Origin: Macrostomum lignano
Lineage: Eukaryota
Assembly: GCA_002269645.1 (NCBI GenBank)
Contig: NIVC01001485.1
Span: 186,001 to 250,000 of the forward strand
Reading direction: 5' to 3'
DNA: 64,000 nucleotides
Part shown: positions 1 to 10,462 of the stretch, piece by piece
Position numbering within the stretch: the stretch's first letter is position 1
Layout: every line of letters starts with the position of its first letter
Notes under the pieces: model-generated
The model's input: only the letters and a program-made list of their open reading frames with translations
Told to the model about the DNA's origin: nothing
The model's database searches: none
Program-made: the position numbers and the translations under genes

Positions 1-1
1 C

Positions 2-721
2 CCAGCTCACTACCAGCTGCTCGACCTTGACATCGCGGCCTGTGCGCTTCGATGCGGAGCGGCTCCGAAATGCAGAGCCTTCGCCATGGAAGCTGCGTCC
101 TCCTCAGACCGGCAGCTCTGCCTGCTGTTCGCCTTCGATGCCTGCAGCTCGCAGCTGCTGCTCGATCCCGGCTCGTGGAGCAGCGGCTGCAGCAGCAGGA
201 GGCTTCGAGTCTTCGTCAAGCAGTCGGAGGGTCTCGAGCCGGGCCGGCTCTGTCCCGACGACTATCGCTGGGTGTCCGGCGTCAGCGGCAGCCGCTTCAA
301 GGGCTCGCTGTACAAGGCTGCTGGGAACGGGCTGTTGGCCAACTGGAGCGCTCAGGCCGTCAGCTGCCGGAGCTTCCTGAGCACCTCGGACGGGTCCGCC
401 ATGCCGCTGACGAAGCTCGCCGACCTGAGCAGCGTCGAGGAGCTCCAGGATGTGAGGGCGTCAACTGGCCTGACTGGCAGCCAAAGGATCTGGGTGGGCG
501 CCTCGATTCTTGGCAACGGCAGCTGGGCGTGGGCGGACTGCGGCTGGCCGCTGCCGCTGCTGGACGCTGACAGCGGCGGATTGTGGAAGTCTGGGGAGCC
601 GAATTCCAAGGATGACGTTATAATTCGTGGCAGAATTTCGGACTCTGCGTTGACCGACCGGGATTATGCAGACCCCTTTCGCGGAGCTTGTGAATGCCTT
701 GATCCATTCATCGAATTTTGA
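2..721 (+). CDS. PAN/apple-like + C-type lectin domain protein, copy 1 (5' end outside window)
   Basis: Frame open from nt 2 (PAHYQLLDLDIAACALRCGAAPKCRAFAM...CLLF, a PAN-like Cys spacing), then CTLD motifs IWVG, WAW, WKSGEPN, GACEC. Stop at 719-721. No intron seen. Confidence 0.7.
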   Translation, partial: PAHYQLLDLDIAACALRCGAAPKCRAFAMEAASSSDRQLCLLFAFDACSSQLLLDPGSWSSGCSSRRLRVFVKQSEGLEPGRLCPDDYRWVSGVSGSRFKGSLYKAAGNGLLANWSAQAVSCRSFLSTSDGSAMPLTKLADLSSVEELQDVRASTGLTGSQRIWVGASILGNGSWAWADCGWPLPLLDADSGGLWKSGEPNSKDDVIIRGRISDSALTDRDYADPFRGACECLDPFIEF

Positions 722-1230
722 AACATTTTGCGTAAACTGCGTTGCAAAAAGAATTTTTTTGTAGTGTGTGGTACGCAGGATGAATGAGAAACTTGTATCG
801 CGTGAAATCGGACCCATTATTACTTGGTATTCCTATAAACCAGTGCAGTTAAACCTGATTAAAATGGCAGAACATGAAGAGTTTCTATCTACGCCCGAAG
901 TTAATTTTGCGAGCTTTTTCTTTGTGGCTTTTGCTTTAAAAAATTTCCAATGTTCCCTGCAATTTTTATCTACTAATTAAATGCGTAATCATATTTCTAA
1001 CAGGTAATATTTTTATGTCCCGGAACTTTCCACCAACCACTTTATTAAACCGAAGTTGTTTCAACTAATCGAAAGCAATAAATACTATTTTGTTGGAGCT
1101 CTGTAAGAGCGGGTCTAAATTGCAACTTAAATACCGTTTTTGCAATAGTTTTGCTGCTTCTTTATAGTACAAAGGGGTGTTAAATGTAAAAGTTTCTGGA
1201 CTGTGTTTACTCTTAGTCAGTTTACTCTCA

Positions 1231-1367
1231 GTGGGTGTAGCCTAGTGGGTTTGAGCGTCGGACTCGCGACACTGGAAGGTCGGGGGTTCGATTCTCGACC
1301 CAGTCGAAACAATTTGTGTCCTTGAGCAAGACACTTAACTCTGCATTGCTTCAGTTCACTCACTCAG
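1231..1367 (+). mobile_element. tRNA-derived SINE, CORE-like, 3'-truncated
   Basis: Pol III A box TAGCCTAGTGG and B box GGTTCGATTC, followed by TGTGTCCTTGAGCAAGACACTTAACTC, which resembles the CORE domain. Related copies at 51.1-51.3 kb and 60.3-60.6 kb. Confidence 0.75.
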
Positions 1368-1371
1368 CTAG

Positions 1372-2030
1372 TTGGGGGTGTGGCGCAAGGCAAAGTGCCT
1401 CCAACGGAAAGCTCGCAAGAGCAAGGACCCAGCTGACCTGGTCGCCTATCAAGACGCGATTCGCGACTTTAAGCGTGAAACCAGGAAAGCCAAGTCCGAC
1501 AAGTGGCGCCAATACTGCGCGGAGTTAGAAGGCACCCGCCCTACTTCACGCGTGGTTAAGGCTCTCACCCTCGACAAAATGTCAAAGCTCTCAGTCATTA
1601 AAAGACCGGATGGCCGGCTCGCTGAGAACCCCGGGGAATCGCTGGACATCATGCTCACCAGCTCTTTCCCACGTACCGCACCGCAGCTAGGCCCACCGGA
1701 CCACTCTCCGGGTGGACAGATCCTGGCTTCGACCATCATTACTAGAGAGAGGACGGCTCGTGCCGCAAAACCCGGACCTCTCCGACGTTTTCAGGCCCGA
1801 GAATCTCTGCCAGCTCGTCCGCTACTCTAAGGGCTATACCGGGCGAGCGACAGTCCACCTCCTGGACCCTCCGGAGGGGGACCGCGCTGCGGACACCGGC
1901 ACCACCGGAACTCCCTGCGCGACACCGCAGCACTATAGCTGCCCGTGGTCGCCAGGGGTTAGCGAAATGGGCGGCAACGCCTCCTTGCTGTTTCCGGACG
2001 CACGGAGCCCCCTGCAGCTAAGTCAAGTAA
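1372..2030 (+). mobile_element. Degenerate LINE fragment (endonuclease-RT linker; R1/LOA/I-like)
   Basis: ORF ...FKRETRKAKSDKWRQYC...IKRPDGRLAENPGESLDIMLTSSFP resembles the inter-domain linker of R1/I-group ORF2. Frame broken afterwards. Confidence 0.55.
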
Positions 2031-3469
2031 GTCAAGTCATATTCCTTTAGAAGCAGTGAAGGTTTTCCACCCTGTATGACACTGCTTTTTTAAAGACCCT
2101 GACCAGGGTATTTTTTGTAGTTGTGTTGAGTTGTTGAGTTGCATTAATTGTTGGTCAAAGTTTATTAAGTGCAAAACTTAATACTTGCGTTCAACCTAAT
2201 TGAATCTAAATTAAAACAAGCGTTGACAAAACAATTAATTAACAGGAATTCAATCACACGAACGGAGCGAATGAAATACTTAACGTACATGTAGATGTAA
2301 CTAACAGCTTAAACGAGCGATAGGTAATTTTTGAGAATATAGTGAGTGATTGAAAATACATGTAAGTCGAACAAACATATTCATGTAAACTGCAGATCCA
2401 CGGGTTTAAAAATGTGTATCACTAAGAATGGTATGAAACTATAGGTATAAAGTATAAACTAGAAAAAACACAGAAAGCTGAAAATTGCATTGAGTACATG
2501 TATAGACATCATGAAACACACGCGACACGGCAAAAAACCGGAGGAGAGTTATCATATTAATCATAGTTATCATTAGTTATCGTATAGTTATCCTATACGG
2601 TAGCTGACCAATATAAAACACCCCTTTTCGAGTGGTGTAAAAGCACTATTCCGAGTATACTACGAGCGTAGCATCTGACAACGATGTGGGCTCCGACCGG
2701 TATGTATAGGACCTTAATACACCCGTATGATAGTTGCAGGTTACAATTTACTGTTAAACTTGGGGAACCTGGCTACAATCCTCAACTTTTTCCTGTTGAT
2801 TTATGTTACCTTGGTTACCGCGCCCACTTCAGGCACACGATATTGGGTGCATTCTTCCCCGCATTCCGCATCTGGCCCTTGCACCACCTCCCAATATAGC
2901 TATAACTCTCTTCTGAGCTGCAATTAACGGGCCCTAAACTGGCTGCGCAAGGTCCTTGATCAGCGGTCCTTGATTTTTTTATCCTTGAACTTGACCAACC
3001 TTCCCTGAATCAAACGGGAACAAGTGAGATATTCCTACTGTGCTGCCTTGACGCTCTCTCGTACTGCTTCAGCGAGTTCGTTTTTAGCGACATTCAGCTG
3101 CTCGTGCCTTTGCGGGTGCCTGCAGAAAGCTACACTGCATAGCTTATTCTAGCAACTATCTTTAGACTCCATTATCTCTGAGATGCAGTAGAATATCCAA
3201 GACAGCCTCCTTAAATGTCAATAAAAAGCTCAATTCGCTAAGAGCATGCAGGTGCAATGATAGCTAAACATGCATTCTCAGAGATATAGATGGTTGTCAG
3301 TCAACGCATAAAAGCTTTCTTGAAGCGAAATTTACATTTCTGTCTATTTTCTGTCTTCAACTTTTTGTTGCCAATAGTGATAGAAGTTAGAGCTAGAGGT
3401 TTTTTGGAGTTGGAGTCATCGGTCCTATGCATCTATACTTTCAGAGAATCAGTCCAATATGACTAAAAT

Positions 3470-5310
3470 TTCTAAGAATCAGTCCAATATGACAAATTTC
3501 TAAAAATCGGTTCTAAATAGAAACTTTCTAAGAATCGGTCCTTTGTAGCAATTTTCTAAGAATCGGTCCTATGTAGCAATTTTCTAAGAATCGGTCCTAT
3601 GTAGCAACTTTCTAAGAATCGGTCCTATGTAGCAATTTTCTAAGAATCGGTCCTATGTAGCAATTTTCTAAGAATCGGTCCTATGTAGCAACTTTCTAAG
3701 AATCGGTCCTATGTAGCAACTTTCTAAGAATCGGTCCTATGTAGCAACTTTCTAAGAATCGGTCCTATGTAGCAACTTTCTAAGAATCGGTCCTATGTAG
3801 CAGCTTTCTAAGAATCGGTCCTATATAGCAACTTTCTAAGAATCGGTCCTATGTAGCAACTTTCTAAGAATCGGTCCTATGTAGCAGCTTTCTAAGAATC
3901 GGTCCTATGTAGCAATTTTCTAAGAATCGGTCCTATGTAGCAACTTTCTAAGAATCGGTCCTATGTAGCAACTTTCTAAGAATCGGTCCTATGTAGCAGC
4001 TTTCTAAGAATCGGTCCTATGTAGCAACTTTCTAAGAATCGGTCCTATGTAGCAACTTTCTAAGAATCGGTCCTATGTAGCAACTTTCTAAGAATCGGTC
4101 CTATGTAGCAACTTTCTAAGAATCGGTCCTATGTAGCAACTTTCTAAGAATCGGTCCTATGTAGCAGCTTTCTAAGAATCGGTCCTATGTAGCAACTTTC
4201 TAAGAATCGGTCCTATGTAGCAACTTTCTAAGAATCGGTCCTATGTAGCAACTTTCTAAGAATCGGTCCTATGTAGCAACTTTCTAAGAATCGGTCCTAT
4301 GTAGCAACTTTCTAAGAATCGGTCCTATGTAGCAACTTTCTAAGAATCGGTCCTATGTAGCAGCTTTCTAAGAATCGGTCCTATGTAGCAACTTTCTAAG
4401 AATCGGTCCTATGTAGCAACTTTCTAAGAATCGGTCCTATGTAGCAACTTTCTAAGAATCGGTCCTATGTAGCAGCTTTCTAAGAATCGGTCCTATGTAG
4501 CAATTTTCTAAGAATCGGTCCTATGTAGCAACTTTCTAAGAATCGGTCCTATGTAGCAACTTTCTAAGAATCGGTCCTATGTAGCAACTTTCTAAGAATC
4601 GGTCCTATGTAGCAACTTTCTAAGAATCGGTCCTATGTAGCAACTTTCTAAGAATCGGTCCTATGTAGCAACTTTCTAAGAATCGGTCCTATGTAGCAGC
4701 TTTCTAAGAATCGGTCCTATGTAGCAACTTTCTAAGAATCGGTCCTATGTAGCAACTTTCTAAGAATCGGTCCTATGTAGCAAATTTCTAAGAATCGGTC
4801 CTATGTAGCAACTTTCTAAGAATCGGTCCTATGTAGCAACTTTCTAAGAATCGGTCCTATGTAGCAACTTTCTAAGAATCGGTCCTATGTAGCAACTTTC
4901 TAAGAATCGGTCCTATGTAGCAGCTTTCTAAGAATCGGTCCTATGTAGCAGCTTTCTAAGAATCGGTCCTATGTAGCAGCTTTCTAAGAATCGGTCCTAT
5001 GTAGCAACTTTCTAAGAATCGGTCCTATGTAGCAACTTTCTAAGAATCGGTCCTATGTAGCAGCTTTCTAAGAATCGGTCCTATGTAGCAGCTTTCTAAG
5101 AATCGGTCCTATGTAGCAGCTTTCTAAGAATCGGTCCTATGTAGCAGCTTTCTAAGAATCGGTCCTATGTAGCAGCTTTCTAAGAATCGGTCCTATGTAG
5201 CAGCTTTCTAAGAATCGGTCCTATGTAGCAGCTTTCTAAGAATCGGTCCTATGTAGCAGCTTTCTAAGAATCGGTCCTATGTAGCAGCTTTCTAAGAATC
5301 GGTCCTATTA
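3470..5310. repeat. Minisatellite, 28-bp unit TTTCTAAGAATCGGTCCTATGTAGCAAC, about 65 copies
   Basis: Direct tandem repetition with variants AAC/AAT/AGC; degenerate ends. Confidence 0.97.
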
Positions 5311-6031
5311 TACTAAAATTAATCTCCAAGAATCGTCCCAATGCAAAGTTTTTTATAACTACGAGCTTTAAATTGCAAAGATTCGCTTCTGACAAAGAAA
5401 AATAATGAATTTGCACCTTTTACTAACCAATTCTCAATCCTCAACTATAAACAGTATAAAGTCTGCTTTTTTGGCAATCAGAATCAAATAAATAGTACAA
5501 GAGTTTTGGTTACTAATGCGCGTACTTTCGTAAAACTTACCAAAATGACAGCTTGTACTCTCTGGATCGTATTGTCAACATGCAAGCGAATGTTTTGCGA
5601 CTAAAAAACTGACTGAACATCAAACGATTTTCTAGAGTACCGTCCTTCGACTACGAGTACCTCAAATGATACAATTAACATTTTTCAACAGCTACACAAA
5701 CCTACATTTCAATACTGTATATAACAGTAATTATCATAAAACTTCTGAATCTTACATAAGGTACATTCTTTACTAATATATGATATTTGGGTTTTACCAT
5801 TTGAACAGTCGATCTTGAAAACTCCGCTCTTATCTAATTCTGATTATCAAATGGTATTCTAAATACACAGTTAGTGATACAACAAATACTTTCTTTACCT
5901 TATGTACTTTAGCTCATTTCTAAGATGTTCCAGTGCAGTGCTCTTCTAGTGTAGCTGTCTCACGATTTACATGTAAGTTCAGCATTACAAGCTGGTCATG
6001 CGCATGAGAAAAGCATAACGTGTTCATTGCG

Positions 6032-6880
6032 TCAAAAATACGAAAATGGGTCGATGCATTCGCAGGCTCCGTAGTACTTGAATTTACCAGACCAATCAAA
6101 CAAGACGGTGCTGAAAATCCTGGCTCAGATAATGGGATGTTTTTCTTCGTTGGGATTACCGGGACCCCATACTCCGCCGCTGTCAGCGTCCAGCAGCGGC
6201 AGCGGCCAGCCGCAGTCCGCCCACGCCCAGCTGCCGTTGCCAAGAATCGAGGCGCCCACCCAGATTTGCTGGTTGCTGCCAGTCAGGCCAGTTGACGCTC
6301 GCACATCCTGGAGCTCCTCGACGCTGCTCAGGTCGGCGAGCTTCGTCAGCGGCATGGCAAACCCGTCCGAGGTGCTGAGGAAGCTCCGGCAGCTGACGGC
6401 CTGAGCGCTCCAGTTGGCCAACAGCCCGTTCCCAGCAGCCTTGTACAGCGAGCCCTTGAAGCGGCTGCCGCTGACGCCAGGCACCCAGCGATAGTCGGCG
6501 GGACAGAGCCGGTTCGGCTCGAGACCCTCCGACTGCTTGACGAAGACTCGAAGCCTCCTGCTGCTGCAGCCGCTGCTCCACGAGCCGGGATCGAGCAGTA
6601 GCTGCGAGCTGCAGGCATCGAAGGCGAACAGCAGGCAGAGCTGCCGGTCTGAGGAGGACGCAGCTGCCATGGCGAAGGCTCTGCATCTCGGAGCCGCCCC
6701 GCAGCGAAGCGCACAGGCCGCGATGTCAAGGTCGAGCAGCTGGTAGTGAGCTGGGGACACGCAGTTCGAGGTGAGGATCGGGTGGAAGGCGACTCACTGC
6801 CTGCAGCAGCTCAAGGGACGGCTCAGCAGCAGCAGTAGCAACAGTAACGTTTTTGTGTACTTGTATCTATTTGACGACAT
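6032..6880 (-). pseudogene. PAN + C-type lectin copy 2; full length with signal peptide but two in-frame TGA codons
   Basis: ATG at 6880 (MSSNRYKYTKTLLLLLLLLSRPLSCCRQ), TGA at 6794-6796, same frame through the lectin domain, TGA at 6125-6127, then ARIFSTVLFDWSGKFKYYGACECIDPFSYF to the stop at 6032-6034, which aligns with the copy 1 C-terminus. Confidence 0.75.
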
Positions 6881-7621
6881 TTTTGCTCGTTTATTTGGAT
6901 AAAAAAATTTAACAGAATTAAATTCTTGATAAATATCTCGTTTTACGGTTTTTTAAATTTAACGGTTATGAAAGGTGTTAAAACTTTTTTACTACTTTTA
7001 CCTGCTTGTTCTGTGGTAAAAGTTTTCTTTATTGGACGAGAGTCTATCTCATTCCAACCGTTTCTTCGTCCTTTAATTGGTTGAGACTTTCATACGCAGA
7101 AACATGCATGTACAATCTAGTGCATTTATTTTACCGATTAGTTCTTAGTTTAAATGCACTCCAAGTTGAAGGCTGTCTTATAAATGATGTACAGGTCGAA
7201 TGTTTTCGAGTCAAACTTGGATGTTTTCAGAAGAGAGGCATCGAAATTATGTGTAATTTTGGGCGCAAAATAATCTTAAAATCCATTTTCACAAAGTGGG
7301 ATAACGGGGAGAAATGTAAACTCCCAACTGACAGGAGGGTTACTCAGATGCGACACAACATTTGACGAGTGGGTCAGGTTTCTCGATTTTGTAATCCTTG
7401 GCCTGGCCTTAAATCTGCTAAGATGTCAATAATGCATCCGCTCATAATGACTGTTCTGTGGATTGTGCAGGTCTGCTTTTTAATTTTTTACCTTTTTTCA
7501 AATTCTCAGATGTCGCTTCTGCTTTTTCCGAAGCTTGATGATGTTAGTCTGTCATCAAAGATAGCAAATTTAATTAGAATCTATTAAAGTTGTCAGCTCT
7601 CTTAAAGTTGAGAAGCACTAG

Positions 7622-8095
7622 ATGAAGATGCAGAGCCTTCGCCATGGAAGCTGCGTCCTGGCCTCAGACCGGCAGCTCTGCCTGCTGTTCGCCTTCGATG
7701 CTTGCAGCTCGCAGCTGCTGCTCGATCCCGGCTCGTGGAGCGGCGGCTGCAGCAGCAGGAGGCTTCGAGTCTTCGTCAAGCAGTCGGAGGGTCTCGAGCC
7801 GAACCGGCTCTGTCCCGCCGACTATCGCTGGGTGCCTGGCGTCAGCGGCAGCCGCTTCAAGGGCTCGCTGTACAAGGCTGCTGGGAACGGGCAGGTGGCC
7901 AACTGGAGCGCTCAGGCCGTCAGCTGCCGGAGCTTCCTGACCAACTCGGACGGGTCCGCCATGCCGCTGACGAAGCTCGTCGACCTGAGCAGCGTCGAGG
8001 AGCTCCAGGATGTGCGAGCGTCAACTGGCCTGACTGGCAGCCAAAACTACGAAACTAGTACGGAGCCTGCGAAGGCATCGCAACCCTTTTATTGA
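7622..8095 (+). pseudogene. PAN + C-type lectin copy 3, internally deleted
   Basis: Near-identical to copies 1 and 2 over about 7630-8043. Lacks the signal peptide and PAN start, has a frameshift near 7660, and jumps from GSQ to a GACE-like 3' remnant, losing the WVG-EPN segment. Confidence 0.8.
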
Positions 8096-10462
8096 TTTTA
8101 ATCAAAGACTATAGTTAGTTCTGAGCGAGTTGCCTATGCATGTGGTACAAACTGGTTGGATGGACGATTAAAGTATAATGAGGCTTGTTTTTGCTGCAAA
8201 TAAAGTGCATTTACCTCACCCTACATCTACCTACACTGCTGTAAAGTGTCTCCAATTAAGTCGGATGTAGCAGGTTTTTTATGACAGCTGTCAGCTATAG
8301 AAAGGAATTTATTTTGACCAATTATGACAAATTTTGACTAATAAATTTACTGATTTCCGTCTGATGTACTGGTATACTGCATGATATCGCAGATATCCCG
8401 TGTTTGATACTAAGAGTAGCTTGTTCGCCCCGAATCAGTTTAAATTATTGCGAGCTCAGTAAGAGCTCGAATCTGATTGGATAATTTTTTTTCTTTTCTT
8501 TGATTTGCAATTCGAGCCCTGATGAGCAGCTGAGCTGAAGGTGAGGGGTGCAGCGGACCAAATGACCAAACAGCTAGTACTTACTCAATCAATCAGTCAA
8601 TAATTTTGAATCAGAATTCAAGCCCAATACAGTCTTGTACTCAAGGACTTCTAGACTAGACTAGACTAGTTAGTCTAGAAGTCCTTGCTTGTACTTTAGT
8701 GTTGACTCAGGCATCAAAGCATGACTGCTCTGCATCGGCGCTATAGTGGAGCTTGTAGTCATATTTATGGTCAGAAGCTTGCATATAGGAATTCTAATAA
8801 TGTAATAAGTTCCCCATGAAAAATTCTCGATCTCTGTGTCCTTGCATGGGTTGATGCAATTTACAGGCCCAGCAGGTCCCAATTTTATCGGCTATGACTT
8901 CTCCGATCAAAGGCTTGAATTATGAAACTGCTTTTACTTACTTCAAAATGATAACAAAGGAAAAATGAGAGTTTATTTAATTGTTTTTAACAATGACCCA
9001 GTCACCGCTTAAATATATATGGGTATTCTCTTTATTGTATTATAATGAAGTAATAAAAAATTATTGAATAAATTTCGCTAAATGTTCAGTAAAGTAAACG
9101 TATAGAGGCATTAAAGTTGAAATATTGATCAAGTAGCGTAATTCATGAATATATTAAAAATAAAAAAACGCAGAGAAAAGGCAGCTTCGTACATTAATAC
9201 GCGTCATAATCGCGTCATAAATAATTATTAGGCTTTGAATCAATTAGCTATGGTACGAAAATTCTATGTGAGTATACACATGCATGAAGCGAAGTTTTGC
9301 TCTTCAAGGACTCACTTTTTCCCGACCCGGAATAAGGCCGTCGGATAAAATTTATTGCAAGCGGATTATAACCAATGGAGTTTTATTTACAAGTCGTTAA
9401 TGCAGCCTTAAAAGTTTTAAGTTTTCTAAAATTCTTAATTATGCTACTTTTAGCACGAAATTAAATCGACTATTTTGGAGCCAGCTGTAAAGAAAAGCTT
9501 CATTTGTTATAATACGCTGTAGTGTAAAATTATCCGCCATAATATTTGAATTTTCCGCCCAGTCGCCGACCGAACTTTGGGCGGTTCGGTAAGAAGAACG
9601 TCCTCCTCAAGAGCAAATTGCATGGGTGGTTCATATTCGCGGAGCAAATTGAAGAAAGAAATTCATAACTTTAGTAATAATTATTAAGCATATTATAGCA
9701 CGCCATGGTTCTGTTATTTCGGCAATTTAATTAACTTGCGTTATACATAATGTATCTATCAGCAAATGAGCATACTAAACGAACGGTACACGCGTACCTT
9801 GACCTAGTAAAACAATAATATGAAAAGTAAATTAAGTAACCATGCAATGTTTTGCTAATATTTTCTAATGCAATTCATGAATAGAAATGAACAATATTGA
9901 AATATGAACTTTATGAATATTTCGCCAAGGTACTCCTTGCCGCCAACGACGTAAAGCATGGTTTCGTTAAAACAAAAGTTTTATTGTCTAAATCTTTGAA
10001 AACGCTTGTCTAGAGAGGTCAATTTTTTCACCGCATAAAATTTTCCAGTTTTATAAAGTAATTTTAAAGTAAAAAACGAAGCCCATCTACATTTTTATCT
10101 CGATTTTCCGGTCTTTAGACTACACCATCGGAACAGACACTCGATCAGTGGTCATGCGTCTGACTCTCGCACCAAAGTCCCTGTCTGAGTCCCTAAAGAG
10201 TTTTAATTCTGTGCACAACCTCTCGTTAATTTAGGTCTCGTGCACAAAAACTTTGTGGCTAATTGTCGTACCATCCATGGCTGACAAACCTCAAAACACT
10301 GACGAGAAAAGAGCTCATGCACGTTTGCGTTAACGTATTCGCACGGTCTGCGATGCTCATCTTTTAGGGCTGTCGAGCCTTACAGTGTTTATAGGGTATA
10401 GAGGGTAAATGAAAATGAAATGAGTTATCAGAAGTCAAAGTTATTATTGTGCACAAAGCATA

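Noticed and set aside
1231-1305. tRNA gene (also about 51205-51278 on the minus strand)
   Set aside because: A and B boxes are present, but I could not fold a convincing cloverleaf, and both continue into a shared CORE-like body, so they are SINE heads.
3470-5310. CRISPR-like appearance of 24-40-bp repeats here and elsewhere
   Set aside because: Units are head-to-tail with no unique spacers, there are no cas genes, and the context is spliceosomal genes.
6751-6797. Short intron removing the first TGA of lectin copy 2 (GTGAGT...CCCCAG)
   Set aside because: Donor and nearby acceptor phases are incompatible, and it would delete a Cys of the PAN-like domain.
8515-8550. Hammerhead-like CTGATGAG...GAAG
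   Set aside because: Lacks GAAA, stem III and a cleavage triplet.
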